A stretch of DNA of 58,500 bases, filler included, from Basidiobolus ranarum (lineage: Eukaryota), in the NCBI GenBank assembly GCA_040143965.1. It is 9 parts of 9 records of this genome, joined end to end, with 100 filler letters (N's around TTAATTAATTAA, not from the genome) between each part and the next. Parts side by side here need not be neighbours in the genome. Positions count along the whole stretch, not along the records: positions 32,597 to 39,000 come from JASJQH010008196.1; positions 39,101 to 45,503 come from JASJQH010008197.1; positions 45,604 to 52,002 come from JASJQH010008198.1; 6 more parts are not named here. The stretch is one strand, 5' to 3'. The notes below the pieces were generated by a model. That model was not told the DNA's origin and did no database searches. It was given only the letters and a program-made list of their open reading frames with translations. Within the stretch, counting starts at the first letter, position 1, and each line of letters starts with the position of its first letter. This document shows, one piece after another, positions 36,219-50,083 of this stretch. The position numbers were made by a program, and so were the translations under genes.

Positions 36219-37438
36219 ATGGCAGCTCCAGTCGATACAACCAAGGTCTTTTTACCTGATACACTTAAAGGAAAAGTTGCTTTCATAACTGGTGGAGGTA
36301 AGTTTCATCATGCTTATATCAACGTTTGCTTGGTTAAGTAAAGGAATACCAAATGTGACAACCAAGTTCTTTTTCGACTGGCTTATTGAGTTTGCTTTGT
36401 TAAAGGAAGCGGAATTTGTAAAGGAATTGCCGAAGCACTTATGAGACATGGTGCTAAAACTGTTATAGCTAGCAGAAAGTTGGTTGAAACTTGTACTTTA
36501 TTATTTTGAACTTTAATTTAACGAGTGATATTCTTTCAAATAGTTTGGAAAGAGTAACCAAAGCAGCTGAGGAGATGACGAAAAATATTGGTACTTTCGT
36601 TGTTTAGTCTATTTGAAAATAGTCACTAACTTCGTTTAATTTTTCCATTTACTTGATACAGGTGGAGAATGTTTTGCCGTTTCTGCTGACGTTCGTAATC
36701 CTGAGGATGTTGAAAAGGCCGTTGCTAAAGCTGTTGAAAAGTTCGGTGGTATTGACATTTTGATCAATGGAGCGGCAGGAAACTTTTTGGTCCCTGCTGA
36801 GAACATGTCGTACAACGCATTCAGGACTGTTATTGAGATTGATTTGATTGGCACATTCAATGTCAGTAAAGCATGCTTCCCTCATCTCAAGAAATCCAAA
36901 GGTAGTATCATCAATATCAGTGCTACTTTGCATTACAATGGTACACCCCTTCAAGCCCACGCCTCCTCAGCCAAGGCTGGCGTTGATACTTTGACCAAGG
37001 GACTCGCCTTGGAATGGGGACCATATGGCATTCGTGTCAATGGCATCGCCCCTGGTGTAAGTTTATCTTCTAAGTAGAGTCTTGAATTTTCATTGAAATT
37101 AATTTGTTCTTTGCTTTCACAATTCTAGCCCATCTCCGAAACTACCGGAATAGATGTACGTATTTGTTCCACTTTTGCTTGTTGATTTAAACTAAACTTT
37201 ATATTATTTGCAGAGATTACTCCCCAAAGATTACATCAAGGGATACGTTCGTGCTGTCCCTATGCAAAGATTGGGCAAGATTCGTGATATCGAGCATATG
37301 GCGGTTTTCTTAGCATCACAAGGTGCTAACTGGATTAGTGGTAGCAATTTCGTAGTTGATGGTGGTGCCTGGTTAACTGGTAATGCCTACCAATACCCAG
37401 ACAGTATGGAAAGAATGCGCAAGGCTTCTAAGCTTTAA
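36219..37438 (+). CDS. SPS19: Peroxisomal 2,4-dienoyl-CoA reductase (SDR family)
   Basis: MAAPVDTTKVFLPDTLKGKVAFITGG/GSGI, INGAAGNFL, AHASSAKAGVD, GIRVNGIAPG/PI, VVDGG, C-terminal PTS1 -SKL; several GT-AG introns. Confidence 0.93.
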
Positions 37439-37903
37439 ATATCTTCCCGTTGTATCAAACCAAGTTCCAGTAATAAAGTTTTAACTAAGTTTTCACAATG
37501 TAACGATATTCTAGAGAGCACTACTTTTCTGTTCTATGTTAGAATCAACGCGAAACGGCATAACAACTTGTAGTAACTGAACTCCCAAGCTATCATCATA
37601 TATTATCAAGAAATTAAAATAGATGTCTCTAGCGGAATATATAAAATGAATAGATATGAACTTGGTACTCACTCATGTATTCCTTTCTGATGCTCAAAAA
37701 TAAATACAAAATGGTATGGGACAAGCTTATGGGTTCCACTTACCACCGCTATAACAGCTCAATTTTTCATCATATTCTTGGAAGTTGAGTACTCCTAGTT
37801 GATGTTGAGATGGATTGAATGTAGATACATATGGATCCTCTCTCCAGGATAATATTCAAGAATGAACTCTACACGCTTTCTCAATGAATGTACTGGTTGA
37901 ATA

Positions 37904-39000
37904 TGTTGAAGTATTTGGGAGCCTGTTGGAAGTGGTTTCAAGAATTAGAGGAATTGGTGGTTTTCACTTATTGATTTATTTAGTATTCAGTTGACATTTA
38001 TAGTTTTGTCAAGATGTAAGCAAACTAATGTGTAGAATGTGTTAAAGAAGGTCCCAGGAACATGTGTGCAAAGTTTGGGGCTTCTAGCACAAGTTTGAAA
38101 AAATCTATATATCTGAGAACTTCTATGTTGGTAAAAATGTTCTAAGTAAATTCCAATTGAGAATATTTGATAATATCTTAGTGAATTATAAGATAACTAA
38201 GTACTAAGCTATATATGACTATATAGATGTTTAGGCAATGTTAATTTCAACAATATAAACTAATCCTAAGGTAGGTCTAAATTTCTCAAATTTCTGTCTA
38301 GCTAATGGTTTGGTTAATATATCAGCAATCATGTCTTTTGTAGAACAATAAGTTAAGTCAATAAACTTAATCTCTATAGTCTCTCTAATGAAGTGATGTC
38401 TAATATCAATATGTTTGCTTCTATTATGAAACATGGGACTTTTAGTTAATTTGATACAACTTTCATTATCTTGAAATATTGTAGTTGGTAAATTTTGAGA
38501 ATAACCTAAATCTATTAAGAGTTTTCTCAACCATATTACTTCTTTTGTTGCTTCACAGGCAGCCATGTATTTTGCTTCTGTTGTTGAAAGTGCTACAATA
38601 GGTTGTTTCTTTGAATTCCAAGAAATAATTCCATTACAGCAAAGAAATAAGTATCCTGTTGCAGATCTCCTGTCTTCTATATTGCTTTCCCAATTTGCAT
38701 CTGAATATCCCATCAGATCAGAGTTTGATCCAGAATAGATGCCTTTTAAGCACAGATCTGTTGAAATTAGCATTGCCTAAGCACCTATATATAGTCATAT
38801 ATAGCTTAGTACTTGGTTATCTTATATTTCACTAAGATATTATCAATTACTCTCAATTGGAATTTACTTAGAATATTTTTACCAACTTAGAACTTCTCAG
38901 ATATATAGATTTTTTCAAACTTGTGCTAGAAGCCCCAAACTTAGCATATATGTTCCTGGGACCTTTCTTAGCACATTCTATATGTTAGTTTGTTTACATC
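37904..39000. mobile_element. LTR A (minus, 37904-38252) + copia RNase H fragment (minus) + LTR A (plus, 38759 to contig end)
   Basis: GYSDANW...RRSATGY...SWNSKKQPIVALSTTEA...DNES...KHIDIRHHF...ADILTKPL lies between two family A LTRs of opposite orientation. Confidence 0.88.
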
Positions 39001-39100
39001 NNNNNNNNNNNNNNNNNNNNNNNNNNNNNNNNNNNNNNNNNNNNTTAATTAATTAANNNNNNNNNNNNNNNNNNNNNNNNNNNNNNNNNNNNNNNNNNNN

Positions 39101-42100
39101 ATCTTAAAACCAATCCAAACAAGAAAAGTCTACTTAGGTGATGACTTTGCACTAGATGCAGTTGGTAAGGGCACAGTTGTACTCAATTTATACCAAAATT
39201 CAGCTACACCTTCTGCAAAATTGGATGATGTACTCTATGTACCAAATATAGCCAAGAATCTACTCTCAGTAAGCCAAGCTACAACTCAGGGATTATATTT
39301 TGTGTTCAGTACGGCTGGATGCACTATCACAGATCAGATTAATACCAAATTAGCTGCTGGGATCAAAAGTCAAAACTTATACAAGCTAGAAATCAAAAAA
39401 TTGCATTCTAAGCATGCGAACTTGGCCCAACCTGGTTAAATAAGCAGGGAACTATGGCATAGAAGATTAGGCCATATTGGGGAACAAAAAACTGACCCAA
39501 ATGATCCACAATCAGCTTGTTTCAGGCTTGGAATTTGGATATATCACCAAATTGGATCTGTCCGAAGGTTGCATATATGGAAAGCATCATAGACAGCCAT
39601 TTTCAATCTCTTGAGAGGTTAAATTCACTGGGAATTTTTCCCTGATTTATTCTGACCTATTTGGGCCCATAAAACATGTCTCACTGGGTGGGAAAAGGTA
39701 CTTTATGACCATTATTGAAGACCAAAGAAGATATACTTGGGTATTCATTCTCAAATCAAAATCTGAAGCCTTAGCTACATTCAGGCACTACAAAGCAATG
39801 GTAGAGAAAGAATTAGCACAAAAAAAAAGGTATTAAGGAGTGATAATGGTGGAGAATACTGCTCTAGAGACTTTACTAGTTTTTGCTCCAAACATGGAAT
39901 TAAGCAACAAACTACTGTACCTTATACTCCACAGCAAAATGGAGTTGCAGAATGTGCTAACAGGACCATAGTGGACATGGCAAGATCAATGTTACATCAT
40001 CAAAAGTTAGATTACCAATATTGGGCTAAATCTGTCTCCACTGCAGTCTATATCAAAAACAGATGCCTAACAAGATTACTACAAATTTCTACTCCATTTG
40101 AAGCTCTACATGGATCAAAACCAAGTGTGGATCATCGCAGGATCTTTGGTTGCACAGCATATTGCCTAATTCCAGCTCAAAAACACTCAAAATTGGAACC
40201 CAAAAGCAGAAAATGCATATTTCTTGGTTATGGTGATGGATCCAAGGCCTACAGACTGTTTGATACCAAACATCAGAAGTTAATTAAGTGCAGAGATGTG
40301 ATTTTTGATGATAAAGGAAATTATTCACCTCAAATCACATTTCTAGATCCAGAAAACCCAATCAGTACTTTTCAGGAAGTGTATGACAAAATTCCAGCTG
40401 TATCTGAGCCCTATTCAACCAAAATATCAGTCCCAATTACATCAAAGGATGATTCAGGACCCAGAATATCATCCAGAAGGAGAAATAAGCCAGGGAGCTG
40501 GTGGAACACTTCGAATGATGATATATATGCTTATGCAGCATTCTGTGATGAGCCACAGACTCTAGATCAAGCTTTGAAGTGTCCAGAATCAAAATTATGG
40601 GAAAAAGCAATGTCAGATGAGTTTTCTTGACTTCAAGACCATAAAATGTGGGTTTTAAGACCTCTTCCATATGGGAGAAAGGCAATAGGTGGCAAATGGG
40701 TCAACAAAGTCAAAAGCCAAGCTGATAGAATCATAGAAAGGTACAAAGCAAGATCAGTTGCAAAAGCTATTCCCAGACCCCAGGAGTTGATTTTAATGAT
40801 ACATTTGCTCCAGTAGCTAAGTTTAGCTCCATTAGATCAATCCTGGCACTCTCAGCCGTCCATAACCTCAATCTACATCAAATGGATGTAAAAACAGCCT
40901 TTCTGAATGGAAATCTAGAAGAAGAGATCTATAAGGAGCAACCAGATTGATTTGTTCAACCATAACATCCCAATATGGTCTGTAAACTGCAAAACTTGCT
41001 CTATGGACTTAAGCAAGCACCCAGGGTGTGGTACAACAAGATAGATACCTATTTGGAATCTCAGGAATTCAAAAATGCACAGCTGTTCACAGTATTTACA
41101 TCAAAACTACCGGAATTAGGATCCTCATCTTGGCACTGTATGTGGATAACCTAATCATAGCCACATATGATGTACAAGCACTTAATCAGACAAAAAGCAG
41201 CTTATCAAACCAATTTCAGATGACTGATATGGTTGAATTAAGTTATTTTCTTAGAATACAAATCAAGAGAGAAAACCCAATCAGAAAATCATGCTTAATC
41301 AGTCTAGATACATTGTAGACATCCTAAAACGCTTCAACATGGAGAATAGCAAGCCTGTATCAACACCAATGGATCCCTATGTGAAATAAATTAAAATTTC
41401 ATTTCAATTTGGCCCAAAATGACTCAAATCAAAGCCAGGAGTTCCCTTATCAATCCATGGTTGGTAGTTTAATGCATACAATGGTTGAAACATGTCCAGA
41501 CATTGCTGTAGCAGTGGGAACTGTCAGCTAATATCTCAAAAATCCCGGATCTGAGCACAAAACTGCAGTAAAACAAATATTCAGGTATTTGAGAGGAACT
41601 GTAGATCTAGTTGTGAAATACTCTGCCACTCCTGATGCACAATATTTTGAAGGCTACAGTGATGCAGACTGGGGAAGAAACCTTGATGATAGAACATCAA
41701 TAACTGGATACACTTTTCTCTATGGTACTGGAGCCATAACATGGAATAGTAAGAAGCAACCAACGGTAGCTCTTTCCACTACAGAAGCAGAGTATATGGC
41801 TGCCTCTGCTACTACACAAGAAGCTATGTGGTTAAGGAAGTTATTTACAGACTTAGGATACATGCAAAAACATGCTTTTACTGTATTTCAAGATAATCAA
41901 AGTTGTATTTCATTGGCTAAAAATCCTACACTTCATGCTAGAACAAAACATATAGATCTTAGGCATCATTTTGTTAGAGAAGCAATAGAGAATGATATAA
42001 TTGAACTTGTCTATTGCCCTACTGAAAAATGATAGCTGATATCTTAACAATCCCTTTAGATAAAGCACAATTTCAATTATTAAGATATAAGTTAGGTTCA

Positions 42101-42483
42101 AGAGAAATACAAATAATTAGTTGAGTGGGAATGTTGAAATTGGGTAAATAGCTACTCATTATTTAGTAGTTAGTTTATCCATATTCCGATTATTTAGTAC
42201 TCAATTCTGTCATTCAAAAATGTGTGTACATTGCTCTAATTGATAGAAATATCAATTAGATCACTTTTATCAATTTTCACTATTTTTTCAAAACCTCTCC
42301 AAATCACCTCAAATTTTCACTCATGCTTAACAGGCATGTTTGTTATGATCTAAGCATGTCCAATAGTTCTATTTCATAGTAAACTATAAGTAGGACATAT
42401 TCAATTCAATAAAACACAAGTGCCTAATTCACAAATCTAAATCTTGTCCAAAACATTTTCAAATCCCCTAAACACTTTTATCA
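39101..42483 (+). mobile_element. Decayed Ty1/copia element: PR-IN-RT-RNase H, PPT, 3' LTR family D (42132-42483)
   Basis: DVLYVPNIAKNLLSV, LWHRRLGH, RSDNGGEY, PYTPQQNGVAE, HQMDVKTAFLNG, LYVDN, GYSDADW; many stops and frameshifts; PPT TTGAGTGGGAA. Confidence 0.92.
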
Positions 42484-42512
42484 TACCCTTTTCACCATGG
42501 TAATGGATGCAT

Positions 42513-43272
42513 GACTTGGAATAGTAAGAAGCAACTAACTATAGCACCTTCCACCACAGAAGCTGAGTGTATGGCTGCCTCTACTACTATACAAGAAGCT
42601 ATATGGTTAATGAAGTTATTTACAGAGTAAGTACACATGCAACAATGTGCTATTACTGTATTTGAAGATAATCAATGCTTTCTTTCATTATCATTCAAAG
42701 TTGTATTTCATTGGCTAAAAACCCAACATTTTACGCTGGATCTAGACATATGGATATCAGGCATCATCTTGTTAGAGAAGCTATTGCAAATGAAATAATT
42801 GAACTTGTCTATTGCCCTACTGAATAAATGTTTCTTGACATCTTAACCAAACCTTTAGCTAAAGCACAATTTGGTTTTTCAAGATATAAGTTAGGTTTGA
42901 GAAATATATAAAATAACTTGTTGAGTGGAACTGCTGAAATTAGGTAATTAACTGTTCAGTATTCAGTAGTTAGTTTATTCATATTCTGATTGTTTAGCAC
43001 TGAATTATCCCATTCAAAAATGTGTGTTTATTACTCTAATTAACAGAAATAGCAATTAGATTGGTTTTACATAATTTCACTATTTTCTCAAAACTTCTCC
43101 AGGTCATCTCAAATTTCACCTATGCTTAACAGGTAAGTTCGTTATGATCCAGAAGTCCTATTTCATAGTAAACCATAACTGGGACATATCCACTTCAATC
43201 AAACTCAAGTGTCTAAATCATTAATTCAAATCTTGTCCAAAACATTTCCAAATCCCCTAAACACTTTTATCA
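42513..43272 (+). mobile_element. Second copia RNase H end + LTR D (42932-43272)
   Basis: Diverged direct repeat of 41740-42483. Confidence 0.85.
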
Positions 43273-43481
43273 TTAACAACATCCATAAACAACATCAAAA
43301 GTTGCCAATACTTATCAGGCAGGAATCTTTTCAAAATTACACTTGAATGTATTCAAATCCAATACTTCTAGGCTTTGCTTTTCACTTAATATCTAGGAGA
43401 TTAGTGTTGTATTTGGATAGCACAATGTGTATGCCTAATGTAGTGAACTCCATTGATTTGACAAGTCTACAGCAAGATACC

Positions 43482-44830
43482 TTAACAGAAATCTAAGGAT
43501 TGTTATTGTAGGAAAACCATTGCACTCTTAATCCATTTTAGATTGATCTTTTATTTACTGCCATAAATTTATCAAGTCAGATTTGATCTTATTCAATTTT
43601 TGCAGTTTAAGGGTGATATTTTTGAGAATATGCACAGGAGTTGCTTGTGATTGCTGCAATCTCAGAGAACTTGGGATCAGCACATGTGCAAAAAGTGTAA
43701 CTGAAACTTTACTCATTTACCACTTGAACACTAATTTGTCATCTTGGAAATCCCCAGTTTCTTTGATATATTCTCCTGAATATTTTTATAGAGTACTTCA
43801 TTCCCAAGGTTTAGCTCATATCAAGCACAAGTTTGTATTAATATTTTCATCAAAGGGCACCATTATATTAACATTGCTGAATCAACATTCCTCCAGCTAT
43901 CTGACAGATACCCTGCAATATTGTGCCACCCTTATTAGATTCTTCCAAGATATCTGCATGATCCACACCAGACTAAATATTAGGTTGAGTGTTCTTCTTT
44001 GAATCCACTTTCTGCATATTTGAACTGCACTTTTCCCTTCATACTTTTGAAAAAACTTGTCAAGCACTTTTACTATTATTATAGATCATTCTAGTGTGAT
44101 GCTAGTCAGGATGCTTTACAGTATTTATGCAGCTTTTGACTTCCCTTTAAGCATGGGACTAATTTCAATACTTTGAAAAATACCAGTTGATGTTGGAGAG
44201 CTGTGAGTTTTGGCTGGTGTTTTGCTTGTTGAGAGATGCCAGGTGCTGAATAAACTTCCAAACTGAGCACTCTTGCCATTGGTGTACTTAGTTCTATAGT
44301 GTAATTAAGCTTTTTGGCCAGTTTATCTGGCTCTGGAAATACAGAGTGAGACAGTTGAGCCTAAGCTCACTGACTCCTTTGCTTTTCCCTTGGGCTTACT
44401 AACTTCCTGCTCTTTGAGTACTTTTTTGGCTGCTTTTGAAGGGATGGCACAGCAAATATGATGTCATAACCTAATAATAGAGGAGTTCTATTTGCAGTGG
44501 ATCAGTATGCTAAGATCAGAGTCATGACAGTTATTGATTTACTATGTAAGTGGGGTATTACAATCTCTCCGCTTACACTGATGCCGGAAAGCAACATTTC
44601 TGGTAAATTGATCAATGCTTCATCTTTACTTGAGTTACTTTCTGGCATAGTACTATCTTCCAAAGTGGATAGTGGATAGCTAGACTGCTCATCAATCAAG
44701 TCCTTTGTTCCCTCTGTTTTTCTTCCTAATGTGCCAGCTGGCTTTTGCTTGGAAACCAATTTTGAATAAGATTTTGAATTCTTTTTAAATGGCATTGAAA
44801 TTTTCAGATGGTATTCTTGGTGCAATGAAA
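43482..44830 (-). repeat. Repeat family C copy
   Basis: Reverse-complement similarity to 53010-55095. Confidence 0.75.
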
Positions 44831-44869
44831 AAGCCTAGAAGCAGTTTATAATAAATCAAATTTCCATCA

Positions 44870-45503
44870 TTTATCAGCATTGTGTTCCACTTACCATCCA
44901 TATGATTGCCCTATAGTTCTACAAGAAGGAAAACAACCACTGTTTGGCTATATCTACAGGCTGACCCAGCCCAAGCTCAGCATTCTGAAAAAATATATTG
45001 CAGGAAATCTGGAGAAAAGACTTATTCAACATGTAAAGTCTCCAGCAGGTTCTCAAATCTTGTTTGTTAAGCAAAAGGATGAATCTATCCATCTCTGTGC
45101 TGATTTTCAAGGCCTAAATAATATTACAGTAAAAAATTGGCAACCCTTGCCATTAATCAACTAACTCTTGATTGCTGTAACAGGTACTTACAATCTTTTA
45201 GGAATCAAATTAGGAGACCAATGGAAAACTGTTTTTTGACCTTGCTATGGACACTTTGAATACAATGTCACGCCATTTAGACTTACCAAAGCCCTTGCCA
45301 TAATTCAGCACATCATGAATGATATCTTCTGAGAGTATCTTGACCAGTAGGTGGTAATTGACCTTGCCAATATGTTGGTCTTCTCAAGCTCTGAAGAAGA
45401 ACATAATATTCATGTTTCCCAAGTTGTAGAAAGTTGAAAACCTCTGGTCTCTATGCTAAACTTGAGAAATGTGAATTTGACCAAGCTCAAGTTGAATTCC
45501 TTG
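44870..45503 (+). mobile_element. Decayed Ty3/gypsy RT fragment
   Basis: HPYDCPIVLQEGKQP...SPAGSQILFVKQKDESIHLCADFQGLN.ITVKN..PLPLI; YGHFEYNVTPF; LEKCEF. Confidence 0.85.
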
Positions 45504-45649
45504 NNNNNNNNNNNNNNNNNNNNNNNNNNNNNNNNNNNNNNNNNNNNTTAATTAATTAANNNNNNNNNNNNNNNNNNNNNNNNNNNNNNNNNNNNNNNNN
45601 NNNTGATTTTGCTATTTTGGAAGACGGATCCCATCCAGATTGATTTGAT

Positions 45650-47340
45650 TTTATTTTTATTAGGGGGCTCCAAAGGGCAAAATGCAGCTCTTCTTTGGGT
45701 TTTAATGTGATTAATTTAAAAACTAGGGCAAGTTTTGACTATAATTTCTTAGGCACTATCAAATAAACACATGCATCTGATATTACTTTGACTTTTCCAG
45801 GGCAATGGGTGATAAACCATTTGGTGCTAACATACTTTCACAAGGTGTGGTCTGTCATCACAATAGTCTTAACTGCTTTCAAATAGCATCTGCAGACTTT
45901 TTGGCAATGGACAATGGCTCACATCTTCTTGTCATGAATTAGATAGTTTGGTTAAGCACTCTTCATCTTGTTGGACTCACAGGCAATTGGGTATTCCACA
46001 GGATTGTGAATCTGGTCACAAGCTCCTCCTTTGGCAGAGTCTGAGGCCTCTGTGGTGCCAATGAATGGCTGGTTGAGATCTGGAAACTTCAAGTGAAGTA
46101 ACTTTACTTGTTCTACTTTCATAGATTTGAAGGCTACTGCACAATCACAGTTCCAAGTCATGTCACTTTCCTGCTACAATAGCTCAGTTAGTGGGGCAGA
46201 GATCAAGGCATAGCCTTAAACAAATCTTCTGTAATAAGAAACCATTCAAAAGATGAACTTGTTACAATATGTCCTCAATATTCAGCTTGGTCCTTCATGT
46301 ATTAACACCTGCTTGTTTTCCCTAGAGTTTGTTTGTTTGCAGTATCCCCAATACTTTCCTTACATGTCTAATATGCCCTTCCTGATCCTTACTGTAGATT
46401 AGTGTGTCATCAAAGTAAACAAAGACAAACTGGTCTAAGTATGTGGCAAAGACATTATACATTAATGTCAGAAAGATAGATGATGGATTGGACAGTCCAA
46501 AACTCATGACAGGATGTTTGTAGTGTCCATATCTTGGTCTAAAGGCATTCTTGGGAATACCTTCTGATCTCACTTGGATCTGATTATTGCCTGACATTAG
46601 AACAATTGTTTTGAAATTTTGGCACCACTAAGTGGATCCAGTAACTAAAATTTCCTAGAGATATTTGTTCTTATCAGAGACTAAGTTTGGTTCTTGATGG
46701 TCAACATATATTCTTAGGTTTCTATCTTTCATCATGGTAAATAAGACTGTTGCTCCCTATGGTTACATGCTTGGTCTAATATATCCTGGCTCCAAGAGTT
46801 AGCTGATCTGCTTCTTAACTTTCTGTAGCTCCAAAAAACTGATTAAGCAAGTTGCTTTGCCCATAGGTTTACTGACTCCTGTATTAATTACATGGCCTAC
46901 ATCTCTGGCTAGTGGCAGCTCTGTAAGTTACTCTGATATTACATCCTGATATTTGTTCAATACTTTTGTCATTGCAGTAGGGATACCCTCTGACTTCTTG
47001 TCCTGCAATACAGCAAACAGAAGTATCTCTTGATTCTCCCTCCCCACTTGACTAAGCTGACTCTTACTGGCAGATATATCACTCTTCTGGCTGATGTAGA
47101 TAAGATCATACTCCATTTTGGCTGGGGTTGGTTGATGAGTCTTGCCTTCTTTTGACAAAGTAATCTCATGGCTACTGCAGTCAATGTTTTATTTAAGTTT
47201 AAATACCAAGTTGGTGCTAACATGAAGTCAAACTTACAGCTCTCAAACAAGCAAGCTGGTATGTTATTCTGGTAGTCTCCTACAGTGATCTGCCAGGGAC
47301 TTGTCATTTGACATATAGACTGGGCCATTCCTTCTGCAGT
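45650..47340 (-). mobile_element. Decayed Ty3/gypsy PR-RT-RNase H fragment
   Basis: KNAFRPRYGHYKHPVMSFGLSNPSSIF...FVFVYFDDTLIYS; FIGTTEASD...PIACES. Confidence 0.85.
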
Positions 47341-47744
47341 AGAAACTCAGGTTGTAGGAGTAGGCTTGGAGCAAATACTTGCATTGCTGGCAGACTGTGA
47401 TGATATCTACTCATGTGATACTCCTGAAGTAACCATGACTGTGCCGGAAGTTCCATTTGTAACTATATTGAAATATAGTAGTCTTCCTAATCTCTCATAC
47501 TCATTGCAAAGGTATTCAGGACTCTATTCTAAAGTGGGCTCAGCTCCTTCTTTCTGATTGTTTAATGACTCTGCCATAGTCTCAACACCATTAGTCTCTT
47601 CTTTGTTCCATGCTGTCTGGGGCTTGGTGGTGTACTTCCATCTTAGTTTGTCCTTTGAATCATTTGACAAAGTGTTGTACTATGTCTAGCTGATGCATAT
47701 GTTTGATCAGGCCCATGATACAAACCGGAAATCATCAAATTGCA

Positions 47745-48690
47745 TTATCAGCATGCAAACTTGGCAAAAACCAGTGAAATAAGCTGTCAAACATGTCATA
47801 TAAGATTAGGCCACATTGGGGAATAAAAGTTGACTCAAATGATCCAAAATCAGCTTGTTTCAGGTTTAGAAATTGAAAATATCACTAGATTGGATATGTG
47901 TGAAGGTTGCATATATGCAAAACATCACAGAAAGCCAAATTCAAGCTCTGGAGTGATCAAATCCACTCAGAGTCTTGCCCTGATTCATTCTGACCTATGT
48001 GCGCACATGTAAAGCATCCCACTGGGTGGGAAAAGGTACTCTATGACCATTATTGATGACAAATCAAGATACACTTGGGTAAGCTGCATTCAAGCACTAT
48101 AAAGCAATGGTAGAGAAAAAATCAGCACAAAAAATAAGGGAACTAAGGAGTGATAATGGTGGAGAATACTGCTCAAAAGACTTTATTAGTTTTTGTTCTG
48201 AATATGAATTAAGCAACAAGCTACTGTATCTTATACTTCACAGCAAAATGGAGTTGTAGAATATGCTAATAGTACCATAGTGGAGATGGCAAGATTAATG
48301 TCCCATGATCAAAAGTTAGATTACCAATATTGGGCTGAATCTGTCTCCACTGCAGTGTATATCAAAAACAGATGCCCAATAAGTTTACTACAAAATTCTA
48401 CTCCATTAGAAGCCCTATATGGATCAAAACCTAGCATGGATCATCTCACAATCTTTGGTTGCATAGCATATTGTCTAATTCCAGCTCAAAAATGCTCTAC
48501 ATTGAAACCCAATAGCAGAAAATGCATATCAAAATTTCATTTGATTTAACCCAAAACAACTCAAATAAAGCCAGGAGTTCCCATGTTTATGTTGGGTAGT
48601 TTAATATATACAATGGTTGGAACATGTCCAGATATTGCTGTAGCAGTAGGAATTGCACAAAACTGCAGTGAAACAAATATTCATGTATTT
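47745..48690 (+). mobile_element. Decayed copia integrase / RT-end fragments
   Basis: CEGCIYAKHHR, LIHSDLC, RSDNGGEY; paralogous to 39420-40220. Confidence 0.85.
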
Positions 48691-48699
48691 GCAATGATC

Positions 48700-50080
48700 T
48701 GCTTGGTTGTGAATTATCCTTTGTTACAATTGGGACTGAAATATAAGCTGGATTTTGCTCAGAAAATGCTAGAATTTTGCCAGACACTGGCTGAATTGTG
48801 CTTACTGCCTTATCAGCATCACAAACTGTCATTTAAGGTAAAAAAATCTGCTTTTCTTCAAAAATGACATTACTGCAGTTAATTAACTTTAGATATTTGG
48901 TATTCAAGAGTCTGTTGGTCTTAAACCTATTACCATAACCAATAATTTTGTGCTTACTGTCTTTGGTTTCCAACTTGCAATGTTTTTTAGCTAGAATTAA
49001 GCAATTTTTAATGCAGCTCAAGATCTTGACATATTCCACACTTGGCTTCCATCAATACTTGGCTTCAAATGGAATAAAATTTTATAGCAATCTGGTCTAA
49101 TATGGATTCTTGATACATACTACAGGTGATCCATTCAACCAAACAGCAGCAATCAAACTTTTGATTATTTAACATTGATCCTTCCATGGCTACTATGGTC
49201 CAATTAGCACATTCCACAACTCTATTTTGTTGTGGAGTATAGTGCATGGTAGTTTGCTGATTAATTCCATGTTCAGAGTTAAAACTTCAAAGTCCTTAGA
49301 GCAGCATTCTCTACTGTTATCACTTCTAAGCACCAATATTGTTCTGCAGATTCTTTCTTTACCATTGCTGTTTAGTGTATGAATGTTGCTAAGACTTTGG
49401 ATCTTGATTTGAGAAAGATTGCATTGATATGTCTTGTTTTCCCATCAATAAGGGTCAAAGCATTCCTTTTGCCCTCCAGTAAGATACTTCACAACTGCTC
49501 ACATTGAACAGAATAGGCTAGGGTAAAGTTGTGAGTGGATTTGATTTCTCCAGTGGTTGTTAATGGTTCTTTGTGATGTTTTTAACATATTCAACCTTAA
49601 TGTAGCATCAATCTGGAAAACTCCTTACTTTATTATCTTGAAACAAGTTTCTTTTGGAATGCTTGGGTAAGTTTTTGCTCCTGAAAATTAGCCTAATCAT
49701 CTATGACATCTTTGGCAGCTACTACACAAGTTTGATCTTAGTTAGCTTGCTCAGAATGCAGTTATTGATTTCTAGTTTGTGTAAGCTTTGAGTTTTGATT
49801 CCAGTGCTGGATTTAGTAATATTTTGATTTATAATAGTGCATTAAGCCTAAACTGAGCACAAAAATAGTCACTGAGCTGTTGCTTAGCTCACTGAGAGCA
49901 GATTGTTGGCCATGCACCATTTGACATTTCTTTGAAAGCTGGTTTGGGCATAACCTGATAAAAGTATTTTGGACAAGATTTAGATTTGTGAATTTATAAC
50001 CAAGATTTATTGGATATCAATATGTTGTATCAATATAATAAAATGAAATGGGACTATGAGACAAATTTGGAGCACAACAA
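48700..50080 (-). mobile_element. Decayed copia (LTR D end, PBS, integrase) in opposite orientation
   Basis: HYTPQQNRVVECAN; reverse-complement GGTTATGCCC abuts the LTR end at 49956. Confidence 0.75.
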
Positions 50081-50083
50081 ACA

